IMG/VR virus record: IMGVR_UViG_3300029955_000001
Direction: 5' to 3' (one strand)
DNA: 64,000 nt
Source of the DNA: a virus
Lineage: Duplodnaviria; Caudoviricetes
The notes under the pieces were generated by a model. That model was not told the origin of the DNA and did not search any database. It saw only the letters and a list, made by a program, of their open reading frames with translations. This document shows positions 48,642 to 59,078 of this stretch, one piece after another. The first letter of the stretch is position 1; each line of letters begins with the position of its first letter. The position numbers were made by a program, and so were the translations under genes.

Positions 48642-48947
48642 TTAACTGGTTAGTCGTTGCATTGCTGTTGCTAAAGCATCCGCGTTAGCTTTACCTACAA
48701 TTGTAAATTTACTAATATCAAAATTAGCCCAACGCATATCACCTAGATCCGAAGCACAAATAAGTGGGCTTACTTGAATTACAATTGCGTAACCCCATGT
48801 TTTAAATTCACCTTCAGATACTCCAGGACTTTTTAAACTAGGTATAGCACCACCAGTGTTAGGGACTATAACACTACCTACAGCAAGAGGCTGCTCTGCC
48901 CATATTGGATCTGTGTCAGACCTCCACAGCACATTAATTAAAGCCAT
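48642..48947 (-). CDS. hypothetical protein
   Basis: 101 aa, SD AAGGTGA. Confidence 0.55.
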   Translation of the reverse strand: MALINVLWRSDTDPIWAEQPLAVGSVIVPNTGGAIPSLKSPGVSEGEFKTWGYAIVIQVSPLICASDLGDMRWANFDISKFTIVGKANADALATAMQRLTS

Positions 48948-49009
48948 TTTTATTCACCTTATTTTTAAATAAAAAAAAGAAGGAGAGTTTACTCTCCGTA
49001 TAGTGCATA

Positions 49010-49228
49010 TCATCCGCTAGTGTTAATAGCGTTATGCAGTCTTGTTTGTTCGTTGAACTGGCTTATTAATGTCGAAATAGGATTGTCTGGTAAATTCCTT
49101 ATTGCTTGTAATTCTCGAATTAAATGACCAGGTCCTGTTAGTGCCATTAGAACTTGTCCTAATGCTTCTGCGTCTACACTAAACTTCAGTACAGCTTCAT
49201 TATTTTTGTCTTCATCAGCCATGTTCAT
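49010..49228 (-). CDS. hypothetical protein
   Basis: 72 aa, SD AAAGGA. Confidence 0.5.
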   Translation of the reverse strand: MNMADEDKNNEAVLKFSVDAEALGQVLMALTGPGHLIRELQAIRNLPDNPISTLISQFNEQTRLHNAINTSG

Positions 49229-49320
49229 ATCCTTTATGTAATAAATAAAAAAAGGAATATATCCCTAACCAAACTTAACGTCTGGTTAGGGATATTTATT
49301 GTCTTTAATGCTTATTATTT

Positions 49321-49806
49321 TTAGGAATTTGCAAGTGCTTTTGCAGCAGCAGCAGCAGCAATTTCTTTTACCTTCTTGAACTCGCCTTTGTTCTTCAACC
49401 CCTTTGATTCCCACTTGGCAGTCAGCAGGCCATAAGCGGTTGTCTTTGGACTATCCTTTACACCTGGTTGTGCTTGGACTTCAGCACTACGTACGAAATG
49501 AAAGCCGAGCGTATCTTTGCCGGTCAGAGGAATTTCAATCTTCGCGTCATCAATTGTCTTCTGTTTCTTCAAGACAGGAATAACCGACTCAGTGAATGCC
49601 AGCCCAGCAGCCGCAAGGAACATGGAGTTATGAGCGTTAATCTCTTGGATCGAATTAATTGTAATTGTTTCTGGCAATGTCCTTGCATAGATATCAGCTG
49701 CGATAGCAGTCGTACCTGTCTTTGCATCGACAGTAATTGCTTCTTTGATCAATTTGGCTAGATCGATTGTTTCTTGCTTTAATTCTGGCTTCTTATTTTC
49801 CGACAT
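49321..49806 (-). CDS. hypothetical Lys/Ala-rich protein with own terminator and structured leader
   Basis: 161 aa, SD AAAAGGA, terminator hairpin at about 49260-49297. Confidence 0.6.
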   Translation of the reverse strand: MSENKKPELKQETIDLAKLIKEAITVDAKTGTTAIAADIYARTLPETITINSIQEINAHNSMFLAAAGLAFTESVIPVLKKQKTIDDAKIEIPLTGKDTLGFHFVRSAEVQAQPGVKDSPKTTAYGLLTAKWESKGLKNKGEFKKVKEIAAAAAAKALANS

Positions 49807-49970
49807 GATAGTATTTCCTTTTAATTAACTAAAGTATATTATTAAAACTACGTTAAACGTCGTTAGATCGACGTGTCTGATGTAATGCAAACGTATACGT
49901 ATTGACGCTCGCAATATCACTATTGTTATATGCTAACAATAGCCGATGAGACTCAGACAAATCCATCTAT

Positions 49971-50582
49971 TTATTTCTTAAAGATATTTCCGAAATTGCT
50001 ATTCTGTTTATTAATAGCATCGTTGCTCGGCTCTCGTTTATCAGACAATGGCGAATTCTTCAAATTATCAATAACCGATAATTGTTGTTTTGTTTTAGCC
50101 GTATGTCGCTCGCTTTTTAATAAACCACTGTTCTTTAGTTTATCTTCGAGTTCTTCTTTTGTCAGAGGTTTAGGAGGAAGTTCAGTTCTACCGAGCGCTG
50201 GAACAGATACCAAAGTAACGCTAACCGTTGTTGCTGACTCATCAGCTAATGCTTTTAAGTATAAATCACCACCAGTTAGGATATGATATTTTTTATCATG
50301 TCGAACAACACGTAAAATGTCCGCGTAAACATGACTGGCCATGTTTTCTGGTTCTATGACTGTATCAAGAACAAGATCGTTAATATCTACTTCAATTTCT
50401 TTTGCGAACTTACTCACGATTTTTATTTGATCGTAAACGTACCGAACATCACAAAGAGAAATTACCGCACTACTCGTATCTATTGTTTTATTAACTGGTT
50501 TTTTATTTTTTGTTTTAGAACGTTTGCGTGAAGCTCCCTGCACATCCGGAGTATTTTGCTGTTGCGCAACTACATTATCCAT
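49971..50582 (-). CDS. hypothetical protein, possible degenerate ParB/Srx-like domain
   Basis: VVRHDKKYHILTGG...AL...VTLVSVPAL. Confidence 0.45.
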   Translation of the reverse strand: MDNVVAQQQNTPDVQGASRKRSKTKNKKPVNKTIDTSSAVISLCDVRYVYDQIKIVSKFAKEIEVDINDLVLDTVIEPENMASHVYADILRVVRHDKKYHILTGGDLYLKALADESATTVSVTLVSVPALGRTELPPKPLTKEELEDKLKNSGLLKSERHTAKTKQQLSVIDNLKNSPLSDKREPSNDAINKQNSNFGNIFKK

Positions 50583-50609
50583 GACGACCTCTTTGTGTAA
50601 ATATAAAAA

Positions 50610-51071
50610 TTATTTTCTATTGAAGTTACTACCAGAATTAAATTCACGTGGTGTTCTTCTATCTTCAAATCTTGGTCGATTTGAAAATGCTGGAGGATAA
50701 GTTGGCGCTATGACTGCTACGGGCACTGGTTGTTCTGGATTAATGCGAACGCTCTTTAAAGCTGGGGTGGAAATAAGACGTCCTTTAATCATTGCTTTGC
50801 CTGACTTAATCGCCTCAGTAACATAATTCTGACCAATGATAACAGTGTACTTACCATGTTGTTTAAAATAGAGCGGGCCAGTGAAGTCAATAGGTTCATT
50901 TGAATTCTCTATTGTAACTACGTGATCTGGGTTAATTTCTTTTGTTTCAGAAAATGGATTAATATCAGCAACACCAACTGCAATCGTAGACCCTGCTTTT
51001 CCAAGCAGAATTAAACGGTCAAGCTGATAACGGTTCTTGTTAAAAACAAGTACGGCTTCTTTGTTGCTCAT
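50610..51071 (-). CDS. hypothetical protein, paralog of the previous ORF (ParB/Srx-like)
   Basis: PLYFKQHGKYTVIIG...AIKSG...GRLISTPAL. Confidence 0.45.
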   Translation of the reverse strand: MSNKEAVLVFNKNRYQLDRLILLGKAGSTIAVGVADINPFSETKEINPDHVVTIENSNEPIDFTGPLYFKQHGKYTVIIGQNYVTEAIKSGKAMIKGRLISTPALKSVRINPEQPVPVAVIAPTYPPAFSNRPRFEDRRTPREFNSGSNFNRK

Positions 51072-51189
51072 AGTTTTGAAATCCTTTTAAAGTAAGTTAC
51101 ACATAGAAGAGATGCATACCGGTTATTTTTAACCAGTATTTGTTTACTACAGAGTAATTCTGTTCTTATTTATTACACTGCTCACCTTA

Positions 51190-51197
51190 GTGATATA
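51190..51197 (-). promoter_or_regulatory. early promoter motif TATATCAC
   Basis: CCTTAGTGATATATGTG context, just downstream of the protease terminator. Confidence 0.55.
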
Positions 51198-51255
51198 TGT
51201 GTTTATTTTTTTAGAATGCGGCATAGAGGCTGAGTATTACCCCAGCCTCTGCTTT

Positions 51256-52029
51256 TTACCATTCCGTGTAAGCAGCTTTTTTAGTAGTATCGAAACTATC
51301 TAAGGCAGACCACCCTAAACTAGCATATAACTCATCCGCACTCAAATGAGTAGACTCACGAGAAAAACCAGGAAGTGATTGTTCTTTAAAACTGCGCTCT
51401 ATAACGCCACGAGAAAAACTCATATCAAGAAGATTCTCAAGGGCAGGAGATTTCCATTTCTCAGCCACACTAATGCCTGGTTCGTTTACATGATCGAATG
51501 TTACAATGTTTCGAAGTGCTCGTTTATAAACACCATTTTGACGGAAGTCATCAGTGAATGCTCGAATAGAAAAACATATGTTCTCATTTGGGTTAGCTAG
51601 TTCTTTTTCAAGGACATACCCTAATTCACCAGAAGGACATACTTCGCTAATAATAGCAATGACCGGTTTACCATTAGCATCTTTAATGTTGTTGTAATCA
51701 AGCGTAATCGATGCGTGATGACAGCAAATTCTATTCTCGACAATTGTCATGACACGATTCGCAAACGACTCTACAGACTGATTAGGGTCCATCCTAGGGT
51801 GTCCGTTTTCGCCTCGCAGTGACCCGCGCGCTACACGTCGTTGAAACTGACTAGAACTTTCAAATAAATCTTTGGCTTGTTCGTAGACATATAGTTGCCC
51901 AGCCGAGTTGAATACATTTAAAGCACCAACTACCATCGGATAATAACCTTTGGCATTCTTTTTAAGCTCGCCTACTTTATTTACTCCAACTAGTGAAGTA
52001 CATGCAAATGTAACAGAATTTAAAGCCAT
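51256..52029 (-). CDS. prohead protease (phiKZ gp175-like)
   Basis: GENGHP (His), FSIRA (Ser) and TFDHVNEPGI. Confidence 0.85.
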   Translation of the reverse strand: MALNSVTFACTSLVGVNKVGELKKNAKGYYPMVVGALNVFNSAGQLYVYEQAKDLFESSSQFQRRVARGSLRGENGHPRMDPNQSVESFANRVMTIVENRICCHHASITLDYNNIKDANGKPVIAIISEVCPSGELGYVLEKELANPNENICFSIRAFTDDFRQNGVYKRALRNIVTFDHVNEPGISVAEKWKSPALENLLDMSFSRGVIERSFKEQSLPGFSRESTHLSADELYASLGWSALDSFDTTKKAAYTEW

Positions 52030-52061
52030 GGTATTTTCCTTAAACTATATATTTACTTCCA

Positions 52062-52787
52062 TCACCTTCGAATAATGGATTCGATTCTTTCCACTCTTTC
52101 GGTCGGGTTCACAAGAGAAGAAACCAACCCTTCATCAAAATAACTACCAAGTAATTTATTGGTAGTGTTAGTAGCCGCATATTGAACACTGCGTAAGCCA
52201 ATAAACGCAGGAGGATTAGTTTCTAATTCATCAAGAGTTTGAACAGAATGACGATAATACTCATGACGATTTTCAGAGTTACGAGAAATCATTGAAGCAA
52301 TTAATTCCATCACCTCGTGTGTTTCCCCGATACCAGCGCCAGCATGTTTCTTTGCAGTATCTAATAGCAACCCAAGTTCTCGATAGCCAACATACCACGG
52401 CACATGGCCTTTAGATGCAATTTCATCAAATATTTTGTAAACTAATATATCTGTTTTAACGAGATCGATTGAAGAAAATACAGTACTACCTGGCTCAAAA
52501 TAAAACTCGTAACATTCATCTTCATTAAACGTTACCTTCATTGTAGAAGTAGGTTCTATGCGAATCATTGCGTTAACAAGAGACACACCGTAATACTTGT
52601 CTTCGCAAGTAATCGCATAGATACCAACAATGTGTGTTTCAATGCCAATTGTGGCTAAGCCTCTTTCAGCAAATCGACTAGGTATATAAATCTTTACAGC
52701 ACGTTTAGCGCGCACAGACCTATCTTCTAAAACTTCTAAACAAGCATGTACCTTATCTGCATCACGAATAAGTTCTTTGGGATTCAT
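52062..52787 (-). CDS. conserved virion protein (gp176-like)
   Basis: Synteny between the protease and vRNAP beta. Confidence 0.6.
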   Translation of the reverse strand: MNPKELIRDADKVHACLEVLEDRSVRAKRAVKIYIPSRFAERGLATIGIETHIVGIYAITCEDKYYGVSLVNAMIRIEPTSTMKVTFNEDECYEFYFEPGSTVFSSIDLVKTDILVYKIFDEIASKGHVPWYVGYRELGLLLDTAKKHAGAGIGETHEVMELIASMISRNSENRHEYYRHSVQTLDELETNPPAFIGLRSVQYAATNTTNKLLGSYFDEGLVSSLVNPTERVERIESIIRR

Positions 52788-52801
52788 ATACCTACCTTAA
52801 G

Positions 52802-54277
52802 TTATTTGAGTACTGTAACACGAAACTGTGTGCTGACCCAATACGCTATATATTCTAACACACTAACAGCAGCAGCTTCACGCACGTCAATTGTTGGATT
52901 TTCTTTCTTAATTCGTTCAATACCAGAAAGAATACGTTCCGCATCTGTGTGAAAGAAACGTGCATTACAAACGAGTCTTAAACACAAATCCCACAGGTCA
53001 TCTAATTCGCTTTCACGAGCAGCCTCTAACATTTTAGAAAAACGTCTTACAATGTTATCTCTGCTATCTGGCAAAGGTTCTTTTACTTCATCCAGGTCAC
53101 GTAGTTGACGATCAAACTCTTTTGTAAGAATGTGCTTCGTTCTAGTGAAACGACGATTGCTTTCTGTTACAGAAGTAATAGACGAATGGCGCGCCCATAA
53201 CGTTTTCAGTTCGATAGCTTTATCATTGATTGAAGAAACAGTACAAACTGGAACCCCGGTTAACGTGTTGCCAAACAAGATTTCGTTTTCACCACCGTCC
53301 TGAATCCATTTACTATATACGTCGCTATTGACAATTGTTTTAGTTCCTTGTACAGATTTAACAAGAATTTTATTCTTTGAAGAACTATCATGATCGTCAA
53401 TAGCACGACATAACCGAGAACCGGCTTGATTGCGATATTCGACAATCAAATTATTAAATGCATTTAGGCCCATTGTTGTTTCTGGCAAAGGCTTATCAGC
53501 TAATGCGTTAGCTAATAGATAGATAGCTAATGCATTATCAACGCCTTCAGCAGGACACTCTGTAAATGTGTTAAAACGAAGTTGTTGTTTCTCACTTAAC
53601 TCCGCTTGTTTAATTTGGAACACATGAGTCCAAATACGAATGAAGAAACTATCTCCTTTTACAGATGCCCATTCATCAATCGCGTCATTAAGATTCTTAG
53701 TTCCTGTCTTCATCAGCTTCAACATTTCTTCCACTGTAATGAGCGGTAACTTCATTGCTAGCGGTGGTGTGTTGAATGGTTCTTCTTCAAAACGACGTAC
53801 TGATTTTTCTAGTGCACTGTTTAACAACGGAGCAGGAGGAGAGTAAGTGATTACCTCCATACCCAATAAAGAAGATGGCGTAGTCAGACTTAACTCACGA
53901 TGAACTCGTGATACCAGATCAGCAACAGCCGGAGCAACTACCGTTTTTGCAAACAAGATATATCGCTTAACAGCTTCTGTAACTAACAGTGTTGTATTGT
54001 CCAATACTTCGTCATGAGCAGATGTTCCAAATGCTTCATTCTTAGCATTGGCCATGTATGTAATCATCTTAACATTAGGACTGCCCACACCTTCTACTTT
54101 TACGCCAGGTACACCAGACGTTTTTTCTGTACTAGAAAAAGCAATACGCGCATCAGAACGAGTCGCTTTCACTAGCGTGTCCAGTGGTGTGCCTTCAATT
54201 GGAGTAAGAACTATGTTGTGTTCATCCAAAATCTGAGTGAGAGTTAACGCACTATCAAGAGCTTCTACGTTCAACAT
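52802..54277 (-). CDS. conserved virion protein (gp177-like)
   Basis: 491 aa, synteny. Confidence 0.6.
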   Translation of the reverse strand: MLNVEALDSALTLTQILDEHNIVLTPIEGTPLDTLVKATRSDARIAFSSTEKTSGVPGVKVEGVGSPNVKMITYMANAKNEAFGTSAHDEVLDNTTLLVTEAVKRYILFAKTVVAPAVADLVSRVHRELSLTTPSSLLGMEVITYSPPAPLLNSALEKSVRRFEEEPFNTPPLAMKLPLITVEEMLKLMKTGTKNLNDAIDEWASVKGDSFFIRIWTHVFQIKQAELSEKQQLRFNTFTECPAEGVDNALAIYLLANALADKPLPETTMGLNAFNNLIVEYRNQAGSRLCRAIDDHDSSSKNKILVKSVQGTKTIVNSDVYSKWIQDGGENEILFGNTLTGVPVCTVSSINDKAIELKTLWARHSSITSVTESNRRFTRTKHILTKEFDRQLRDLDEVKEPLPDSRDNIVRRFSKMLEAARESELDDLWDLCLRLVCNARFFHTDAERILSGIERIKKENPTIDVREAAAVSVLEYIAYWVSTQFRVTVLK

Positions 54278-54278
54278 A

Positions 54279-54482
54279 TTAAATTTCTCCCAAATAAGGC
54301 GTTACTTTTCGTTGAAAACAAGTTTGTGCTAGGTTGTAAATAATAGAACGGGATAACGGAGATCCGTTTAAAGTGTCCGCTACTTCGTTACCCAATACAC
54401 CCTGCGCCACGCTAGCTACTAACTCATTAGCGTTAGCTAGTGTTACTAAAGTTCTTTCTGAATCTTGATTATTTAAACCCAT
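54279..54482 (-). CDS. small hypothetical protein
   Basis: 67 aa, SD AGGA. Confidence 0.55.
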   Translation of the reverse strand: MGLNNQDSERTLVTLANANELVASVAQGVLGNEVADTLNGSPLSRSIIYNLAQTCFQRKVTPYLGEI

Positions 54483-54517
54483 GATGTTTTCCTATGAAAA
54501 TAACTATTACGTCGCAT

Positions 54518-54730
54518 TTAATTTTGACCTTTGTATATCTTACACGCCTTAGCGCTAATGACGTTAAGTAAAGTGCATGTTGTTCCAATAATATCTGGAC
54601 TACACACAATACGATTTTGTATACTGAGAGCACCGAATATGGCATCTATTTTAACACCGGATTCGGTAGTGATGTCGTCATTCAGAATTGTGCCAAAAAC
54701 TGTTTTCATTTGATTACAGAACACGCCTTT
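54518..54730 (-). CDS. virion RNAP beta subunit (gp178-like) exon 4
   Basis: Begins AAA GGC GTG TTC (KGVFCNQMKTV) after terminal G 54731, completing the GD-K motif. Confidence 0.85.
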   Translation of the reverse strand, partial: KGVFCNQMKTVFGTILNDDITTESGVKIDAIFGALSIQNRIVCSPDIIGTTCTLLNVISAKACKIYKGQN

Positions 54731-55083
54731 CCTTTTGTCCAATTAGTTCGTTAGACTAACCCGGTGTGCACTGACACCCGCCTACATTTTCATGTAGGAG
54801 CAGATCATATCTTCATCCTCTATTTCTAGTTAGGATGTTTCCCATTTCTGTCCACTTGGACTCTACACCGTGGTAAGCGGTTGATCGTTGAACCTTTTCC
54901 ATTTTACAGGAACTTGGCTGCTAAAGAGGATCTTAGATCCTACGGTTGCCCATTGTAATATCCGTTTCGTTTTTAGACCATGGCTTTGTCTTTCGACTCG
55001 CAGTGGTGAAACAGCTTTAGGGGGTTCCAGCAGTTAGAGAAAATTCATTTGAACATTACTAATCAAATGGACTATATTTTTTA
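54731..55083 (-). mobile_element. group I intron (ORF-less, 353 nt) in vRNAP beta
   Basis: P AACTGCTGGAAC, R GTTCAACGATCA and S AAGATATGATCTG (covaried P7). Ends TGGACAAAAGG. Confidence 0.88.
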
Positions 55084-55998
55084 ATCACCTACACCAGCAG
55101 GAACTTCACCTGTGATGTATACTTTAATTGCTAACGTATCTAACGATAACGGATCACCTTCGATTCTAAAACCTTCATCTACGGAACCAGTATAGGCTGT
55201 TTTACCAGCCGCTCGATTACGCTTAGAGAATTCACGATCGTAAGTAGTTACAATACTACGCAATGAATCCGACATGTCTTCAATCATTCCGTTGTAAAAT
55301 ACCTCAATCCGTTCTATTTTACCAATCGTTTTAGCTTGTGGTGTTTGAGCACTTAATATACGTAATGTATCTAATGATTCTTCATCAAAGAGACCTGATT
55401 CAGCTGTAATAGCATCTTCGATTACACATAAAATACTCTCAGATTCCACCTTATCACCAGGTTTGACTAACCGACGTATACTTTGATCAAAATTAACAAC
55501 AATGTATTTTACCTTTGTTGTTGACGTAGATAACAACTTAGCTGCTCTTCTAGAAATAGCAGAGGAATCGTCTAGTGTGGCGTTTGATTCCATTAGCGCC
55601 GTCTTTACCATAATGCCAGATTTCCAAACAACATCGTTTGGATTGAAAAGATCTTTTTCAAAGAAACCTGTATTATAACAAATAAGCTCACTTGTTTTAA
55701 ATACCTGACCAGGGATCATATCTGTTTTCACAGAATGAGGGATCACTAAACCAGCAGCATTACCAAAACGTCTACCTAATTCATATCCAGTTGGTTTTTC
55801 ATCTCCGTCATATTGAACAATAATACCGTGTTCTGAAACAGAAATTACTTTACCAGGTTTCTTTGCGGTCATAGCAAACAGATCGCTTGTCCTGTGAGGT
55901 AACACTTGCTCGTAACCAGTACGAATTTGCGGTTGCGCATAACCTATACAAGACACGACGTGACTAGCTTGAACCGATGCAAAATTTACCCGTTTGGG
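55084..55998 (-). CDS. virion RNAP beta subunit exon 3
   Basis: PKRVNFASVQASH...TLDDSS...PAGVGD; in frame with the 55081-55956 ORF. Confidence 0.88.
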
Positions 55999-57434
55999 CC
56001 TTTTGTCCAGTGAGGTCGCTTTACTCTCCTCACCCGGTGTGTTAAGACACCCGCCTACACTTTCATGTAGGAGCAGACTATATCTTCATCCTCTTAGAAT
56101 AAGTAGGATGTCTTCTATTTCCCCAGGGCTTCCTAGGTACTGGCTGATAAGGCCATAGTCGTTGAACGTTCCTCGTATCGTTTCCGATCATTAGAGGCTT
56201 CGCTGCGGATTACCCAATCTTTATCTTTGTTACCGTACCCAGGTAATTATTCTGGCCGCTAGTCAGTTTCCTATACTAGTTTGGTAGATAAAGCTCTAAG
56301 GGACTTCCCGCCAATTAAAAAGAATTTCATTGAATATTACTATTCAATGAGACCTAGATTGTTTATTAAAATTAATACGGATAATATCCGTACCTATAAC
56401 CATCAGAAAAAACTTTTTCACCATTCGATTTAAGACGATAATTAAGTGCAGTTGTTGTCAACCTGTGCCACTTCGCGCACTCTACAGCGGAAGGATATAT
56501 TTTAAACTCACCATTTTCATTATTTACTACTTTTACGCACCGACTACATGAAAAATTATTTAACTCCAAATATGGATCAATAACTTCTCTCCATGGTGTT
56601 AAGTCATGCGCCCAGCGTATTTGAATAAAATTTGGTAAGACAGGTTGATCTTCGCGACGTATCCATTGAGAAAGCGTCGGTAACGCAATGTCCAAGTCTT
56701 TAGCTAACTCACTCATTTGGTTATATGTTGCTATTTCACCAGTAAGTACGTTACGAACACTAATCGCTTTGGAAGTGCTATTCTGCAAAAGAGCTTGCTC
56801 AACTGAAATAGGAATTATCCATGGTTCATTAGAGTGTGATCCGCGATACTGTTTTCGCTCAGGAAACACTCTTTCTTCACCAACAAAGATACGATAATTA
56901 ATTGCATCTTTCGACATACCCATAAAACGAGCACACTCAATAATACTTGGAAATTTTCTAATATTCCCAGTATCTATATCTCTAACCGAAATAGGAATAC
57001 ATTTTGGTGTAATTCCCATTGCACCAGCATGTTCCGCATTTCCTTGATAAGTAGTCCATTCTAAATTATCTAACCAATCATCACCTTTAACGGTGTTAAT
57101 GTGATTGACAACAAGTGAGGTTATGTCTACGCCGGGATGTTTAAAAACATAACACAGTAAACGATGTCTTCCCCATGTTAGGGTATAGTTATCATCACCA
57201 AATATCCGGTAATTTACATAGCCATCAGGATTTCTACTACCTTCCAAATTAATGCGTGTAGTTTTATTGATTACTCGACCATCAATAGAAATTACATAGT
57301 TCGAGTATCCTGGTATTTCATAATAACCAGGAAAATCAATACTTTCTTTTAATTCATGGTTATACATTTAACACTCCTTAATATTCAACATATTATAGTG
57401 TGTTAATTTTATTTTAATTCAAAACAATCTGTTA
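55999..57434 (-). mobile_element. group I intron (1436 nt) with HNH endonuclease in vRNAP beta
   Basis: P AATTGGCGGGAA, Q AATCCGCAGCGAAG, R GTTCAACGACTA and S AAGATATAGTCTG. Long-range P1 AGATTGTTT/AAACAATCT encloses the ORF. Confidence 0.9.
56372..57367 (-). CDS. intron-encoded HNH homing endonuclease (NUMOD4-HNH-NUMOD1 type)
   Basis: EIPGYSNYVIS..GRV, HRL, VNHINT.KGDD.LDNLEW and C-terminal repeats with S..ECA. Confidence 0.88.
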   Translation of the reverse strand: MYNHELKESIDFPGYYEIPGYSNYVISIDGRVINKTTRINLEGSRNPDGYVNYRIFGDDNYTLTWGRHRLLCYVFKHPGVDITSLVVNHINTVKGDDWLDNLEWTTYQGNAEHAGAMGITPKCIPISVRDIDTGNIRKFPSIIECARFMGMSKDAINYRIFVGEERVFPERKQYRGSHSNEPWIIPISVEQALLQNSTSKAISVRNVLTGEIATYNQMSELAKDLDIALPTLSQWIRREDQPVLPNFIQIRWAHDLTPWREVIDPYLELNNFSCSRCVKVVNNENGEFKIYPSAVECAKWHRLTTTALNYRLKSNGEKVFSDGYRYGYYPY

Positions 57435-59078
57435 ATCATCTCTATCTGAAGCTGGTGAAAGTAAAGCTGTGGTGGATATTAACGCAGTAGCTCCAGTTTC
57501 CCCAATCTTGTATCGGCGAGACATTCCACGTAATGAAGTGAACTGTGGGTCAGCTGATAAGTACGTATTAACCGCTACGTCCTTACTATCCGAAGTAGCT
57601 TCAGATATTGTACCCATATCGTTAGCGTGATAGATACGTGCGTTCTTAGTCATACTGCGACTATTACGACCACCAGTACCAGCAAATGTTACTGCTTCCA
57701 TTTCTTTCAGATTCTGAACTGGATTTATATCACTAACTAATGCTACGGATGGATCTTGCATAATGTTTTTCCATACAGCATAGGGATTCAAATCAATTGG
57801 TACTTTTGATTTTCCTATACGACCATTATGTCCACGAATAGCCCTTACAATTTCACCATAGACAGCCCCCGCCATACGCTCGTAACCTTTAATACGCATG
57901 TACTGCGAATCAAGTTCATCAGGATGTTTATCATTTAACAACATCTGACAGCTACGAATTAATAGATCTCTGAAATTTAACGGCTCTTTCATTTCTATTA
58001 ACAAATCACGTGTAATGGGATCAATATACATCTGGTATAACAAATCAATTTCACGAACATAACGAGCGCTAGCGCCGTTGTTCTCTAAGACATTTAAATA
58101 AATACCACGTTTGTCGAATTCGTGAACACTATACTGACGAATAACTTTATGGTATTCATTAAAACCAGCCAGTATCATGGATGCTTCTTTATTGTCTTTT
58201 TGGAACACTAAAGTCTCATCACTAAATACAATAGGATATTCATTTGGCATTAAGTTAACACGAGTCCCCGCAGGTACTCTACGTGGGTTTACTTTCAATA
58301 ACTTAATTAGTCTATCCAAACCAATTTCATACCCAAGAATAATACCAATTGGAATGGTGCGACCTAACACCTTTGCCTCAGCAAAATCAATTGGTTCTTT
58401 ATCTATATCAAGGCCGAGCAATTCCTCAATCGTGCCGAATGGTTGAAGAATACCGTCTGCTGTGATGTAGATAAAATCATTCTTATCTAGAACTAATAAC
58501 GCATCGCTTTCTCGTTGAACGCCATCTGAATTAACAGCGTGCCCAATAATGATTGATCCATCTTTTTCATAGATCGCTATTGATTCTCTGCCGTAAAGAG
58601 CTTCGCGTCTCGTGTGATCAAACTGTAAAGCAAATGTATACGTGTAGGCTTCATCGACGCGAATTTGCTGTGGATCAAATGCTACTTTCTGCTTAGGAAC
58701 AGCATTATTTTGAGACATCACAGACTGATGTTTTATTTCAGCCCATTTACTGATATCTTCTTCTGGCTCTTTTTCTTTAAAGGCAATGTTACTTGGCGTT
58801 GGTCGTTTTACATCTGGACGTTCGGCTGTTAATGTAAAACCACGGAACCCTAGCGCTAACGTGCTGTAAAGTTTAGGACAATCAAACAAATTATCAAACA
58901 CTGTACCAGGGTGCATACTTGTTACTGAGTCATCTGTTGGATCTAGTCCTTTAGCGACAATCTGATTGCGAAGCCATGTACCAGAGTCATTAACGCGTTT
59001 CTCGCTACGACTAACAAACACTGTACCGTAGTAACTAGTAAGCTTTACCGTATCTGGCGATGTCTTACGAATTGGAAG
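57435..59078 (-). CDS. virion RNAP beta subunit exon 2
   Basis: LPIRK...GTGGR...HANDMGTISEAT...SDRDD; starts after terminal G 59079. Confidence 0.88.

Noticed and set aside
49860-49960. CTGATG/CGATGAG as a hammerhead ribozyme core
   Set aside because: No CUGAUGA plus GAAA arrangement with the required stems.
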